Below, piece by piece: positions 43,791-58,090 of a stretch of DNA of 64,000 bases; position 1 is the stretch's first letter, and each line of letters opens with the position of its first letter. Below the pieces are notes generated by a model. It ran no database searches. It was not told the origin of the DNA and worked only from the letters and a program-made list of their open reading frames with translations. The position numbers were made by a program, and so were the translations under genes. The DNA comes from the human T2T-CHM13v2.0 reference genome, Homo sapiens. The stretch lies in assembly GCF_009914755.1 (NCBI RefSeq), contig NC_060939.1. One strand, written 5' to 3'.

Positions 43791-46213
43791 CCATCTTATG
43801 GCAGGGCTTTTTCATAAATTCAGGAAATGGAAAGGCATGGATGAGGAAGCAGCCCTTATGTCTCAACTCCCTGTGAGGCAGGTACACACACACATATAAG
43901 TACTCCAAGAGGTCCCACTCACTCTGCTGTACTTCTCAGTTACACCCATTCAGCTTTCATAGATACAGGTCCATGGATGAATGTCAAGTTTCTTGTAGAG
44001 ACAAAGGTCAATCTCTAAGGAGAACACACCTGTTATCTAACCTGTATCTGAATCTGCAACAACGGTTTCCATTTGACAGGATGCAGCCCTAGCAAGGTGG
44101 TGAATTAACATCCAGCTTTGAAGCACTGTCATACAGGAGAATACTTTAAGATGGAATATAATGCGTGAGACTGACTGCCATTTAGCAGAATGGCTTGTGA
44201 CATTAAAATACATGTTCAACGTGTGAGATTCAAGCACACGCAGAAAGAAGAAACAACTGCAGAAAACAGTAAGGTGCAAACAAATAGTGACAGCTCACGA
44301 GAGCTGTCTGCCCTGTTCTTCATGGGGCCCATCTGACCTTAGTGATGTTTGCTGTCAGCTACGCAGAGGCCTTCTGACACAAACTGACCGTGAATACAAC
44401 AGGGATATTAAACACTGGGTCAGGCTGGAGAGAGAAAACAACAGGGTGCAGCAGAATTCTTTTCCTTCCCTTTCACCCAAGTACCAGGGATTCTGAAGAT
44501 TCTCCTCCCTGCCCCCGGCTTCTCTTCCTTCCTCTTTCTCTAAGCCTCCTTATCCTCCTCCCGCTTCTCCCTCAACCCCTTAACTTCAACCAGAAGAAGA
44601 GATAGAGGGTTGGGCAGGGGAGCACAGAGAATGTTGTTCTTAGGATTTTGAGAGAGTTAAGCGTCAGGGTCAATGTCCCCTTCCCGCTTGCGCTCTCGAA
44701 ATAGATACACACAAAACATCTACTGGAACTTTTAAATGATGAGAGGAGATCCACAAGTCACCTGTGAAGCAAAATCTCAGCACTTTATAGTCACAGAAAC
44801 ATACAGGCATGCAAAGGGCTCATGTTTATGAATTATATCATACCTAGGCAAAGCAGGTGGCACTTGCACACACACAGGAATCCTTAAATACACGCATCTT
44901 GGCATTTCCTTTCCGCCAGCCTTGGCCCTTCCCACCCACCCAAAGGTGCGGGCCACAGCCACCCTCTGTGGGGTCTGATGCAGGGTGAAGGGCGTCACTG
45001 GGTCCTGGCTACTCCCTGGCTGTGAGAAGTGGGCAAGCCCTTTACTCTATGGGAATCTCTGTAAAATGAAAATAACTGCCTGGCCAGGGGCTGTGAGGAT
45101 GAAAGGGTATTAATAATATACGCAGGGCACTGTCCTGCTTGGTTCCCGAACCTCTCTTTCCTACACCCACGGCTGGACTGATGGTGCCTTCTGTTACTTG
45201 GTCCCCACCGTCAGTACTCTAGTGTGACACTGGGAAGAGTGGGGGCTTAGCCAGGGCCGCGGTCTGTACAGGAGGGTCCCAGCCCGCAGGTCACGGGTCT
45301 GCAGGCCCACAGCTAACCTTCAGAGCTGCACAAGCGCCGGGAGCTGTGGGCACGTGAGGAGGGCGAGCGGGTCCTAGGTGCGTAGACCCGTGGGTGGGGG
45401 GCGGAGCGGACCGGTGGAGGTGGGCAGAGACCGGCGGCAAGTCGACCCACGGCTGTGGGTGGCTTCCTCCTGTTGCTCAGTATCAGGGAGAGGCGGGGGA
45501 GGACATTCATTTTTTTTCTTCCCTAAGTAAGCATCCACCTATTGCTTTAATAACTATCGATTGTGAAAAGCCGGCGGGGCCTCTTAAAGGCGAAGTCGGG
45601 AGGCGCGCGCCCCTGCGTCTGTGTTCGGGGACCAGTCCGCGGGGACCTTCTGGACCTTCTCCGCCGGCTGCGCGGCAGCGATGGACCCTGTGCATGGGCT
45701 CTCCTAGCAGCCTCGGGAACCGCGGCCGCAAGCTGTGGTTTGACCCCTGCCCCAACCACTCGCGAGGCCTTTTCTGTTCAGAGCCCCCAGTCACGTTCTT
45801 GGACCCAGTCACCTGCGCCGCAGCGCAGTCCCGGCGCCCCAGGTTCGAGGACCCGGCCCGCGCTCGGAAAGTTATTTCAAAAGGCAGATGTGTTGCAACC
45901 CTCTCTGCAGCAAACTACAGTACGCGGATTCCCGAACCCTTCCCCGCCCCCACCCAGCCCGGGCGACCAGAGCCTGCCGCGGGAGACTGGCAGCAAGGAG
46001 AGCCACCCCTAAATGCACCTTCCCTCCCTCCCGCGCGCCCAAGTGCAATGGGGTTGGGGGAAGCCCCAAAGCAAACTCACGACGCGGAGCAATCCCCAGT
46101 CTTGGCCTGGAAGGGGTCGGGCTGCTGAGGATCGGCTTCCCGATTTCATGCCCCAGCCTCCCGTCCTCCCCAGCCCCAGCCCACCCGCCTGGGCCGTCGC
46201 GGCCCCTAGGTAC

Positions 46214-46265
46214 CTGCGGCGGTCACGGGCTCGCCCTCGCTCTGCTCCCCGGAATCCGAATCCAT
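46214..46265 (-). CDS. TNFAIP8L3: TNFAIP8L3 short (204 aa) isoform, first coding segment MDSDSGEQSEGEPVTAA
   Basis: ATG in strong Kozak context (agcATGg); 52 + 563 nt = 615 nt = 204 aa plus stop. Confidence 0.93.
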
Positions 46266-46357
46266 GCTGCGGGCTGCTGGCTGGGCGTCCACGGCCACCC
46301 GCCCGTCTGCGGGGCGCTCGGGCAGCCGCGGCGCACTCAGGGCGGACAGCGGGGCGG
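46214..46357 (-). CDS. TNFAIP8L3: TNFAIP8L3 middle coding exon of the long isoform; contains the short-isoform start
   Basis: ctccag acceptor, then (A)APLSALSAPRLPERPADGRVAVDAQPAARSMDSDSGEQSEGEPVTAA(G); donor CAG|GTACCT; 144 nt, phase 1 at both ends and in frame with the last exon. Confidence 0.92.
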
Positions 46358-46600
46358 CTGGAGCCCGGGCGGCGCGGGCGGCGCGGGCTGGGCGGTGCGC
46401 GGCGGCAGCGGCCAGGGGGCGGCTCCGCAGAGGCGAGCGCCGCCCGCGCCCCGCTCCCCGCGCCCGCCGGCCGGTGCCTGCGCGCGAGGCGAGCGCAGGG
46501 CGGAGGGTGGGGCGCTCCGGGAGACAGCCGGGAGGAGGGAGGGGAGGCGCGAGCGCCGAGGAGCCCGAGCGTCCGGCGCCCGGCGGGCTCCAGGCTGGGG

Positions 46601-46607
46601 TTAAATA
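46601..46607 (-). promoter_or_regulatory. TATA-like element (TATTTAA); implies a start site near 46575
   Basis: Isolated AT-rich heptamer in GC-rich sequence, about 340 nt upstream of the ATG at 46265. Confidence 0.55.
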
Positions 46608-46881
46608 TCCCGGGGGCGGCGCCGCGCCTCCCTACCCGCGCCCTGCGTCGGAGCCCTTGGACTTGCCTCGCGCGGCGAGGTTGTGCTGGTCTGCAAGGCC
46701 GAGCCCCTTCCCTAGGGTGAGGCCAAGTTTGTAAAATTACTAGGTGAAAAAGAGCTTCAACTCGCGCAGGAAAGGAGAGGTTCCGAGTGTTCCGACTTAT
46801 GGGGTTGCCAGGGTTCGAGTCCAACTCCTCCGCTCAGAGACCTTGGACGAGACCTGTGTTTGTTTTCTCACTAGGAATATG

Positions 46882-46966
46882 AGGGAAGGGGGGCGGGGAA
46901 TAAGGGAAGGGGAGCGGGGAATAAGGGAAGGGAGCGGGGAATAAGGGAAGGGGGCGGGGTGGGGGG
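46882..46966 (+). repeat. G-rich minisatellite, ~21-bp unit AGGGAAGGGG(G/A)GCGGGGAATA x ~3.7
   Basis: Units start at 46882, 46903, 46924 and 46944. Confidence 0.9.
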
Positions 46967-48262
46967 AGATGACAGTTGGACTGTTGTGGAAAGTAGTAAG
47001 ACAAGGCGTGTGCGGGACCGAGCGCTGGGCCTGGCACCTAGTGACGAAGTAAACACACAGGCAGGTAATGCTAACTCCGGCTGTTTGAGTCTTCTGCCAG
47101 CGAGGGCAGGGCAGGTGGGGCAAGCGGTGGTGAAGCGGGTTCCGGGGGCTCGGTGAGTCTGAACACTGGCTCGCCTGGAAGGTTGGAGCCACCCTGCCAA
47201 TCAAGCAGCCGTGCTATTTCGCGCCCTCGACTAGAGGGGCCAGAATTAATTTTAAAAGCTTTTCTTTGTTGATGGGATTAAACACAGAGTGCTAAACTTC
47301 CGTAACACCATCCTTTATGAAAGGAAAAAAAAAAAGCATTTGTAAACCTATTTACTAATTAAGAGCCCAAACGAGGGGGGAAATGCACGGAGCACCGAGG
47401 CCTTTTTTGTTGTTGTTAATTCTTGGTTATCTATATGCTCTTATTGCCTCCCTATTATAGGCTCCTACACTCACAAAGCCTCAAGCTGGGTTCTCTGCTT
47501 GTAAAGTCTGCCCAGAGAATGCAAACTATTGGCCAGAGCAAAAGAAAATCAAGAAGAAAAAGTCTGCTAAAAAGCGCCACTTACTGAACATTTCCCTTTG
47601 TGTCCTCATCTAATCTGTACAATGACCCAGTGAAGAATTTAGGTTGCACCATTTGAAAATACTTTTTGGAAGTAGAATATGGTTGAAAGTTGGCAAGTTC
47701 ATAGAATTCAACTTATTTTCATTCCCATTTTACAGATGGGAAAAGTCTCAGAGACAGCAGATGATGTCCCTGTGGTCTCAGGTCGTCCAGTAGGTGGGTG
47801 AACTGGGACTTGAAATCAGGTCTGATGTCCAGATCTGCTCCTGACTGCTATGGTACAGTGTCATAAGTGAGTTTTGGCTTCTGGTCTACCTGAAGGCTGC
47901 CGTCTTTAGTGAAGTGTGGGCTTAACAGAGTGCAAATACCACTCTACTTTGTGTTTTCAGAAAACAAAGGATGGCCAAGCTCATGGACTCTAGTGATACA
48001 AGTTGGATGGATATTGATGAAATGGTCAAAAGAGCCCCACAGTGGATGTGTTATCTTGGGCAAATGGCTAAACCTCTCTCGGTTTCCTCAAGTGTTGGTG
48101 TCTCCTTCATAGGGTGTTTGTAAATAAATGAAATAATGAGTATGAAAGCTATTACCCAATGCCTGGCACACAGTGAATGTTTGATAACTGGAAAGAACAC
48201 TAATTTTTAGATTGAATGGATCCCATTTAGAAAAACAAAATATTTTAGAGTTGCATTTTTTA

Positions 48263-48656
<394 letters not shown>

Positions 48657-50269
48657 TTAAAAAGTTTGCCATAATAGCTTTTCAGTTATAAGGTAAAACA
48701 ACAATGATAGCTTCACAGAACAGAGCATATGGGATTCAAAAGGCATTCAGCTTCCTCTAAAGGTTGTGCCTAGATTCAATAACAGGAAATGTGAAACTTT
48801 CCCTGTTTCCTTAGACCTCCTTTCCTTGCACTTCATGGAAGCTTTTTTGGTTTTGCTTTTGTTTTAATGGACAGGTAGCCTGGGTTGCAGTGTGAGGGAG
48901 ACAGACCACAGAGACATGTATGAATAACAGCAAAAAGGAAACAGAGAAGCTACTGGAATTTGATCAACAGTAAACAATGTACTGAGAACACACATTTACA
49001 ACACATGTATGCTCATCAGTCGTCAGGTCTTCATTAAGTATCTAGCACATTTTGACCCAGAGATAAATGCTTTGGGCATGGGGGGGAGAGAAAGAACTGG
49101 TCAAGGTATCCTGAAAAGTCTTTGAGTGAAGTTCTTAGATAATGCCTATTCATTTACCTGCTCCTATATTCATTCATAGTATATTTCTGCTAAACGAGGC
49201 AGACATAGAATGAAAAATTGAATTGAATGTGGAATTAGACAATGGGGAAGAGAGATCCAAACTAAACAAGGTCTCGATTCCAATTTCCTATGATGTACAA
49301 TCTGTTGTCATGGGACAGCAAGACAAAGGGAAATGACTACTGGCATGCGTGTGAGTTTAATGAGGAACATTAGTGGAACATACCTTATCTCTCCTCCCAG
49401 TATGGAAAAATCTGTGTAAGAGAAGGAAGTCCTTAAAATAGTATCCTATGACCATCAACCCCACTAAAACAGTGAAATCTGAGGTGGTGAATCTCCTTTT
49501 ACAAACCAGTTCTGATATATTTCTTGTGGGGGGGGAAAAACTCTTAAGAAAGAGAAAAAGGGAAAGGGTTTCTGTAGTTCCTCTGTATATTTTTAGAAAA
49601 ATGGCATCACTTTGCAGACTTGAATCTAGAGTCTGAGGGTTATAAGCCACCTTCCTCAGTGTTTCCACTACATCTTTTCAGCCTGGCAGCTCTTCAGATA
49701 TACGAGTTTCTACCACTCATTGGTCATTTCTTAACTAGAGTGAACAAAATTGTTGGCTTTTTAAGGAAATTGCCTGTCTGGTGGGTAAAGCGTATCTATT
49801 TGTAAGGTGTCAAGAAACAGATAATAAAATAGATCCATTTCTGCTAACACAATAATACTCCTTTAATCTGAGCCAGTGCTATGACTCATCTGCCTGTCTC
49901 CTCTTGTGGGATGGAAAGGGAGCTGTCTGCAAACCTTCAGCAGTGGGAGGAGGGAAGGAGATACTTTTCACACGCTAGGACTGCTGCTCTGCTTTGAAAA
50001 CCCACCAGCTCTAGAACCGCTGTTTTCTGTAGGCTGAAGTGGCCTTTGGTCCTTAGAGGTGAAAGGTTGGCCCTATTTTTAATCATTTGTCTCAAGGTAG
50101 ACTTTGGTCCCAAGGAAGCTTCTACCCAGAGCTGAGGGGGCCTCCATGGGACTGTAGGTAAGCTGGAGAGCAGGGTCCAAGCTAGCTTGATATCCATCTA
50201 ACAGAACATGGTGCTAGAAGACAGCCTTGAGAAAGGGAGCTTTCCTATTTCTTTCTTGCCAGTAAAAAT

Positions 50270-50660
50270 AAGCTTTTATTTGTCTCCCCTCTTATTTAAA
50301 AAGTAATGCAGATTACTAGAAAAATTGGAAAATACATATAAACAAAAAAGAATATAAATTAATTCGTAATTTTACTAATTGCAGTCACGGTTAACATATC
50401 TTTTGAGAAGTTTCCTTCTGTGTGTGTACAGTATTCTGCTTTTGTAAATTGCTTTTTCCTTTTAACAATATGTTGTGAACATCATTTCATCTACTCTTTG
50501 ATAACATGATTTTTAATAGCTGTACAATATTCTACTGGATGAGTATACCATATGTATTTAAACAATCCTCTATTGTTGAGCAGTTAGGTTGTTTCCAATT
50601 TTCTGCTATAATAGCATCAATCAATATCCTCGTGTCTAAATCTTTGCACACATCATTAAT
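50270..50660 (-). mobile_element. L1ME 3' fragment
   Basis: tttaaacaatcctctattgttgagcagttaggttgtttccaattt. Confidence 0.6.
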
Positions 50661-51489
50661 CAATGCCTGTGAACTTTCAGCCTCCTTCGTTTTCCTTGGG
50701 AGAGAGAAACAAGAAAGAAAATTGCAACTAACAAAATAATTGCTGTATATATCCCAAGACTTTAAGGTTATCAAGAATTTTCATGGGTATAATCTCCACT
50801 AGGCAGCAGGTGGGTTATTTGAGTTCATTCTTGCATTTGTCCAGCATCAGTTGAGCCCAGAGGAGGTTTAGGAGAAGAATGCAAAGTTTCCTTCCACACT
50901 TTCTTTGTGGGCAGTGTGTCCTCTGCACAGCCCCATCCAAGTCCAGACCCCTTGTAGGAGGCAGAGGGTGGATGAGGCTGGCAACTTTGGCATCCAGCTG
51001 TTCTCCTGGGTTCTTAGCTTCTGCTTCCTGAGCTGCCAGCAGGATAGCTTTCTTGGTGGTTAATGCAATTATAGTGACTCAAAAGCCCTGATACAAAGGG
51101 AGAGGGAAATTGAGAAGGAGAAAGGGAGAAGAGAAAGAGAGAGAGAGAAGAAAACTCTATGGGCCCAACCTCTGTTGTGCCCTAGCCCAACCCTATGGGG
51201 TTATTTATAAGCCCTTTAAATAGCAGCACCAGGATCTTAGGTTCACTGAGAGCCTCCCTGATCACACATGGTGTGTGATCTCACTTGTGGCATTCATTTT
51301 GGCTATGGGATGTGACTCCACTGCTGCATGAGAGCTGTTCTTACAAGCATCTACACAGCTTGTATGTGGGTACCCTAAGTGACTGTTGAGCTCTGCCCAG
51401 TGCCTTCCCATATTCCTGGATCCTTACACAGCTTTGTGGCATAGAAAAGGTCAGTATTATTCCCACAGGAGAGAAGACGGAATCAAGAC

Positions 51490-52555
51490 CCATGAGGTTT
51501 CAGCGGCAACTAGAGTCTTTGTGGTTTTCAGGATGATAGGAAAGTACCCAAAGACTGGGTGGGGCAATGTTACCCCAGTTCTCAAAGGGAAGAAAGGAGT
51601 TGATTCCGGAAATAACCAATTGATGAGTTTTTTGTTGCTGTCTAGCAAAAATCTGAAACAAACAGGTTTATAAATGGTTAAAGAAGAGAATGGTGATCAC
51701 CAGCAGCCAACATGGGTTCCTTACCATGTCCTGCTAAAATAACCATGTTAACTTTCTTTAAACAGAGTCATGAAGTATATAAATCAAGATAATTTTATTT
51801 GACTTGGGATGTATCAAGTATTTGTTGAGTATCCTCTGTGTTTCAGGTGCAAAATGAAGGGAAGTGACTGTCACAGATACCATATGTTGTGATTTAAGTT
51901 TTGAGGAGGTCTTACACAGTTTCCTTGCTGCTAGGTGGATCTGGAGTAGGTTGAACAATCCTACCCAGTGAGCTTTGATTCATGGCTTTGAGTTACCTAG
52001 GAAGGAGGTATCCAGTGGAGTGACACAGAGCTCTGCCCTTGGCTCTAGTTTATTCTACTTATTTTTTTTTTTTAAAGACAACAACAAGAGTAGTGATTTA
52101 GAGAAAGAATTTGATGCTTGTGCTTATCAATGGTATAGATTACCATACTAACACAGGTAAGAGAAGACAAAATCATATGGGAAAGACATGTGGGTCTTAG
52201 TTGTCCATAAGAGCAACATGAGTCAACAGTGGGATAATAGCTGTATTGCTACAATAAGGGCAGGAATAGTTCTTCTGTATTGGAGCTAGTCTTACAGACA
52301 CCTGGGGTCTTATGAACATCTGGTGCCACATTTTAAGAAGACATATCAGGGATCTCCCCAAGGTGGGGGAATCAAGATGATGAAAGAGGTTTGGAAACCA
52401 TTCTGTATGAGAAAGTTTGAATGTCAGGCTGGAGAAGGAAAAAAAAAAAACAAACAAGGCATGACTGGATGGATGTCCTTAAATGTGTAGAGACTTAGAT
52501 TCTAGGCTGATGTGGGACTAATGGATAAAAGTTATAAGAAGGGAGAATTTGGATC
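51490..52555 (+). mobile_element. L3/CR1 LINE fragments
   Basis: gactgg...gcaatgttaccccagttctcaaagggaagaa...ggaaataacc...gtgatcaccagcagccaacatgggttc. Confidence 0.65.
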
Positions 52556-52936
52556 TTGTGCCAGTCCTGGCCTGCCTGTCCTTGCCCTTTCCATCCTCTG
52601 TATGGAAAAGGGGCTGACCCCTACAGGCTGCATTTGCCGGGCCCCTGTACTAGCTGTTTTCTAGCTGGATACAGCCAGTGGGAGGCACTGGCAGAAGATG
52701 GGCAGGTCAGGGAAGGAATATTCTCCCCTATCCTCTATCCCTTAATCTTGGCACCTTTGACAATTGCTATATCTCCTCTGTGACTCCAGCTCCTACCAAA
52801 TGGACCTGCTGTGGTTCCAGCTTTCATGAGGTGACCCCAACCCCTTGGCTCCAGTAACAGCACCTCCTCCCTTTCGTCCTTCAGCCCAGGGTGGCAGTGA
52901 CTTCCTGCTGCTGCTAATGCCTAGATTACCTCACTA

Positions 52937-53677
<741 letters not shown>

Positions 53678-55649
53678 TTAGACCTCATTGATACAGACAT
53701 GTACCAGTGGTACAGGAATAAGAAAGTGTTTTTTAATGATTACAACTAGATGACCATGGGTAGGGGTATTGTGGGAGGCTGGAGTCCACGACTTTTTGGA
53801 TTCCTTTGGAAACTGAGACATGGAAAGGAAATGATGTGTCCAAGTCCTGGGAGTGGCAGAGCTGAGACTAGAACTCAAGGCTCCTATTCCCCAGACAGGC
53901 ATGCTTTCATCTGATGCTGACTCTCCTCCTGCGCATGTCTTTAAAAGTATCCTCTCGTGGTTTATGTTAATCATCCTTCTGATCTATGGAAGGGAAAATT
54001 GAGTCTCCTAAATTTGTTTTTTTCTTTTAATTCTCTCATGTTTATGTGACAACCCAGTTCAATAATGCTTACTCACTAATTATTTTACAGAACAAATATC
54101 GCTCGCCAAGTGTTGAGTGGAACCTTTTGTTCCTCCCTTCAAAGCATTTTCTACTTAGAAAAGCTAAATACATGTTCCAATCTGGAAGGTTCCATTTATG
54201 TAAGTCTCTGATTTCATAACATCTACACCCAGTCGAGGGCTGTAGAAGGGGGAAGAAATGTTCAAGGTCACCTGGTCTAACCCCATCACTTTAGATATGA
54301 AGAAATAAATCTAGAAAGGTGAAGTGGTTTGCCCAGAGTTAAGAACAAATGGGACCAGAACCCATGTCTCTGGCCCTATTTCAGGATTTCCCATCATATT
54401 ACCATGCTCCTTTATAGCCCTTCTACTCCAGCCCAGGACAGCAGTGACTTCCTGCTACTTCCTTTACTACATCCAGTTTTCATTTGGTTTCCACCCTCAC
54501 TTCCCAAATCTCTCTCCCCATTACTGATCTTTCCTCTCCTTTTACCTCCTGTACACCAGTGTTCTACTAGACCATATACATCTGGAGTGGAATTAACAAA
54601 AGCAGGACTTGACCAATGCCTCTTTTCAATTTCTTTATCTTATCAAAGACTCTCTCCCCTCTCCTCCCCTTCTCTTCCCTCAGCTTCCCTCCATCTCCTC
54701 CCCTTTCCCTTCCCTTTTCTTCTTTTCTGGGTCTTCAAACTTTCCATTCCTCTCTTCTATCTATCCAACATTTTCTTTCCCGCCAAGTCTTCTCTTGGCA
54801 TTGTCCTTAAACGGATCCCTCCCTTCGGTGTTCAAAGCAATCTGCCTGGTTGAAGCTATCAACCCTTCTAAAAGAGGAATCTTCCATGCCTGGTTGCCAT
54901 AAGCCTTTGCTCATTCTCTGAGGAGGCATAAGTTAATGTTATCCCTTAGTAAGACACCTGGGCCTCTCTCCATTACTTCTCTGGCCTCTTGACTGTGCCT
55001 GTGGGCATCTTAACACCTCAAACATTATTGCAGAGAAGGGAATTCCTTCCATGGCCAAGGATATCAACTTTATTTCATTTCAAATCATTAACAGACATCA
55101 TCCCATGAGAGTTTCCAGTGTTTTAACAACTTTCTCCTTTGACTGTCACTATCAATCTTAGCTAGTTTTTAGATCTTGCCAAATTTGTGTTATCTAGACA
55201 TTCATGAGTGGTTAGATTTATTGAAGCTCTTTCAGGATAACATTACAGCATAATGTTTGAGTCACAGTGACCTCATTCAAGTGGACTGGTTCTCCTCTGA
55301 AACAGACACATTGACACCATATTTCCAGTTAGTTGTACTGTGAACTGTGGTCTTCTATCCTTCCAAACTCCGTGTTACTTTCTTCTAATGTATATTTTGT
55401 CTCAGTCACATAGTTGTCGAAAACCCAGGAACTCGGTTCATCCTCCACATTCCTGTAACTCATACTTTAACTTCTCTTGATGAAATTCGTAAGTCCAAGG
55501 ATCAAATATTTGGGTTCTGTCCTAGGAAACAAGCATGTGGGACATGTGCCTACTTCCTTAGTATAGGTGATATTGCTGCAAGAGTTAAGAGGAATGAGGA
55601 GTTACTGGCAGGAAAGAGGAGAGCCTCTGAAACCAGGAATCACTTCCCA

Positions 55650-56520
55650 ACGTGCTCTCCTCCGCTAGTGCAGAGTGGAGGGTGAGGTCAGTGCAACCAT
55701 TCTCACCTCAATCACGTCTTTCCAACAATCACATCTCCATTGTACTGAAGGTGCCAGCAGCCTCCCAGTTCCCCAGGCTCATAGTCTCCAAATTAGTGCC
55801 CTTATTTCTGTCTTCCTTGCTTCCATGCTGCCATCCAAAGTCCTATCAACATCTGATGCTATTTCTACCATGAGTCTCTTGATTTTACCCTTTCCTTTCC
55901 ATCTCCACGGGCTCCCTCCTCCCAGCTCTTTCCTGTGTCTTGATTGCTGCAACAGGACTCTCTTGGCTGTCTCCCCTTATCCAGCCTTGCCCAAATCCAG
56001 CTACACCCAAGCCAGAGTTCGAGCTTTCTCAGCCATCCTAAAGCCGACCTCTTTACTATCCTGCTATGCTCCCCACTCACAGGAGAGTCCTGAATATACA
56101 CCAAAACAAAGAACTACCCAGAGTCCACGCAGCAAGGAGTTTGTCATACCCAGCCATGTCCTGCATCTGCGCCATGTCAGTCTGTTTCTGCTCTCTGCCC
56201 TGCTCCTGCGTGTCTTTCCCCTGGCTCTCTGTCTGCTGCAGCCTCGTCCCTGATGAGTGCACTCCTGGCCCCTCCTTCCCCCAGCTTAAGGCTGTCTCCT
56301 CCCTGCCAGTGGATGCTTTGCTGTGATGGCTGGAGGTTTTGGCTCTCTGACCTGGCCTTGGGCCCTTCTCTCTGAATTATCCTCATGGGACCTTCTGGCC
56401 AGCGTGCCCTTGTGTTCCTGGAACCCACATCCTCTTAGCTTTGCCTCTAAGTGAATCAATGTTGAGTAATTTCTGCTGTGTTGGAGTGAAGACACCTGGA
56501 TTTTTATTCTGGCTGTTCAT
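55650..56520 (+). mobile_element. L2 fragments
   Basis: Pyrimidine-rich L2-like motifs (gattgctgcaacaggactctc, ccaaatcca). Confidence 0.45.
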
Positions 56521-56677
56521 GAATTTGATGTGGGGCACTAAATAAGAGATGGGCTGCCTGTGCTGGCCCTCTTCAGATGCCAGCTCTGTGCATCCTCAGC
56601 TCGCCACCTTGCATGCTTTGCACAAGCCTCCCCGCCCCTATACTTCCTTCTCTGCCAGTTCCTGAGCCAGTGCTGAC

Positions 56678-56849
56678 CAAGTCCCTTTCCCCTCTGAAGA
56701 TGAAAAGATAAGGGGATGAGTCTTGTTTGTAACGTGGCATCCCTTGTGCCTTGGGTCCCTGCATATCCGTTGACCCACAGTTTCCCCTTTGGCTCTGCCT
56801 CACAGAGTGTGGAAACCAGTGTGCTTGGGTTTTGCCGTGGTTTCCCCAT
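56678..56849 (-). CDS. TNFAIP8L3: TNFAIP8L3 long (292 aa) isoform, first coding exon
   Basis: MGKPRQNPSTLVSTLCEAEPKGKLWVNGYAGTQGTRDATLQTRLIPLSFHLQRGKGL, recognised as the annotated human TIPE3 N-terminus; donor G|GTCAGC at 56677; 172+144+563 = 879 nt. Confidence 0.88.
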
Positions 56850-58088
56850 TTGGACTCAGGTGTCCTTCTTGGGACAGTAGCCCTAACTTGCACACTGACT
56901 CTTTAGGAGGTCTGGTCGTTTCCCATTACTTGAGGTAAGACTAGCAAGTCAGTTTTCATCTCTAGGGAGTTTACCTAACACTACCTGCCATTTAGTGGAC
57001 TCTTACTTTGCTTCAAAAATTAATTAGATTGGACTTTCTGAATGACCAAAAAAATTTTTTTAACTGCCAGTTGAATAATAGCACCTTTAAAAAATATGAT
57101 CAAGAACCAGGGAGAAATCAGAAAGTAAAGACCCCTAAGCTATCAGAAAAGGTATCTTTTACTCAGGAGAGAGTCCTGCAGGCTCTCACTCATAGTCTAG
57201 TTTTCTTTCTTTACCCCAAAATTCTATCAGGTATGGGAATAGGAGGGCAGGGTAGAGAGGTGCTCCTGTCCACACCCACTTTACCTCTTACTCACCTGAT
57301 GACTTCCTACTGCAAACAGCTGAAGGCTTTTGACAGTTCCTGGGTGTTAAGGGGAGTGGTTCTTAGAGAACGATGGGCAAGATTTGGAGATGAAATCTAG
57401 GTTCCTGCCCCTTGTGTGGGACACTTCTGCATAGTCTTATAGAAGTTCCGGCAGGATTGAAGCCCAGCTGTCCACAGGGGTTAAATAAATAACCTCTCAG
57501 GAATGCACCTGGATGGGCTTCCTGGTACTTCCTGGGATCGCCTCCCAAACAACTAGCTCTCAAGTCCTTAACTCAGGGTCAGCTTCTGAAGAAACTTATC
57601 CTAAGGCATGCTGCAAGAACGAAAAGCCAAGAAATGATGGAAAGAGAAAATAGCAGAACTCTGAAAAAATACAAACAACTAAAGTATTTTGGGGTCCTGG
57701 AGCCCTTTAACAAGGACCATTGGGACACAAGGATATGTGGCATAGTTTCTCTACACACTGAGGGCTGGAGTATTGTGATCTGGGTGGAGTGTATTCTTTT
57801 TAAGAGGCCCCAGGAATAAGTACGATATTTGAGAAAAGGTTCTATATGAAAAGTGAACATAGGTTGTGATACTTAAAGGAATGATTTGTTGGCTATCTAG
57901 AATCTTGAGTTTCCGAATGCCCCTTTCCCTGACGACCAGGATTTATTGGATTTTTAGTTGAAAAAAATTCTTTGCCGTTAAGCCTCAAAGCTCCCAGTTC
58001 TAGCAGTTTGGTGCTTTAAGATTCATTTTCTTTACGTTTTTCAGTCTTTGATGTTGTCCCTTTTCATCTCCTGTTGCATAATGGAGTT

Positions 58089-58090
<2 letters not shown>

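Larger units (their letters stand above)
45250..47230. promoter_or_regulatory. CpG island / main promoter of the TNFAIP8L3 short isoform
   Basis: Very high GC and CpG density with many GC boxes, surrounding the exon at 46214-46357. Confidence 0.92.

Noticed and set aside
45394-46824. Several overlapping 150-271 aa ORFs on both strands
   Set aside because: These are GC-rich CpG-island shadows: Ala/Arg/Pro/Gly-rich, often non-ATG starts (46824 is TTG), with no recognisable domain.
54329-56253. 174-aa and 192-aa plus-strand ORFs
   Set aside because: They lie in pyrimidine-rich low-complexity, MIR or L2 sequence where stops are rare.
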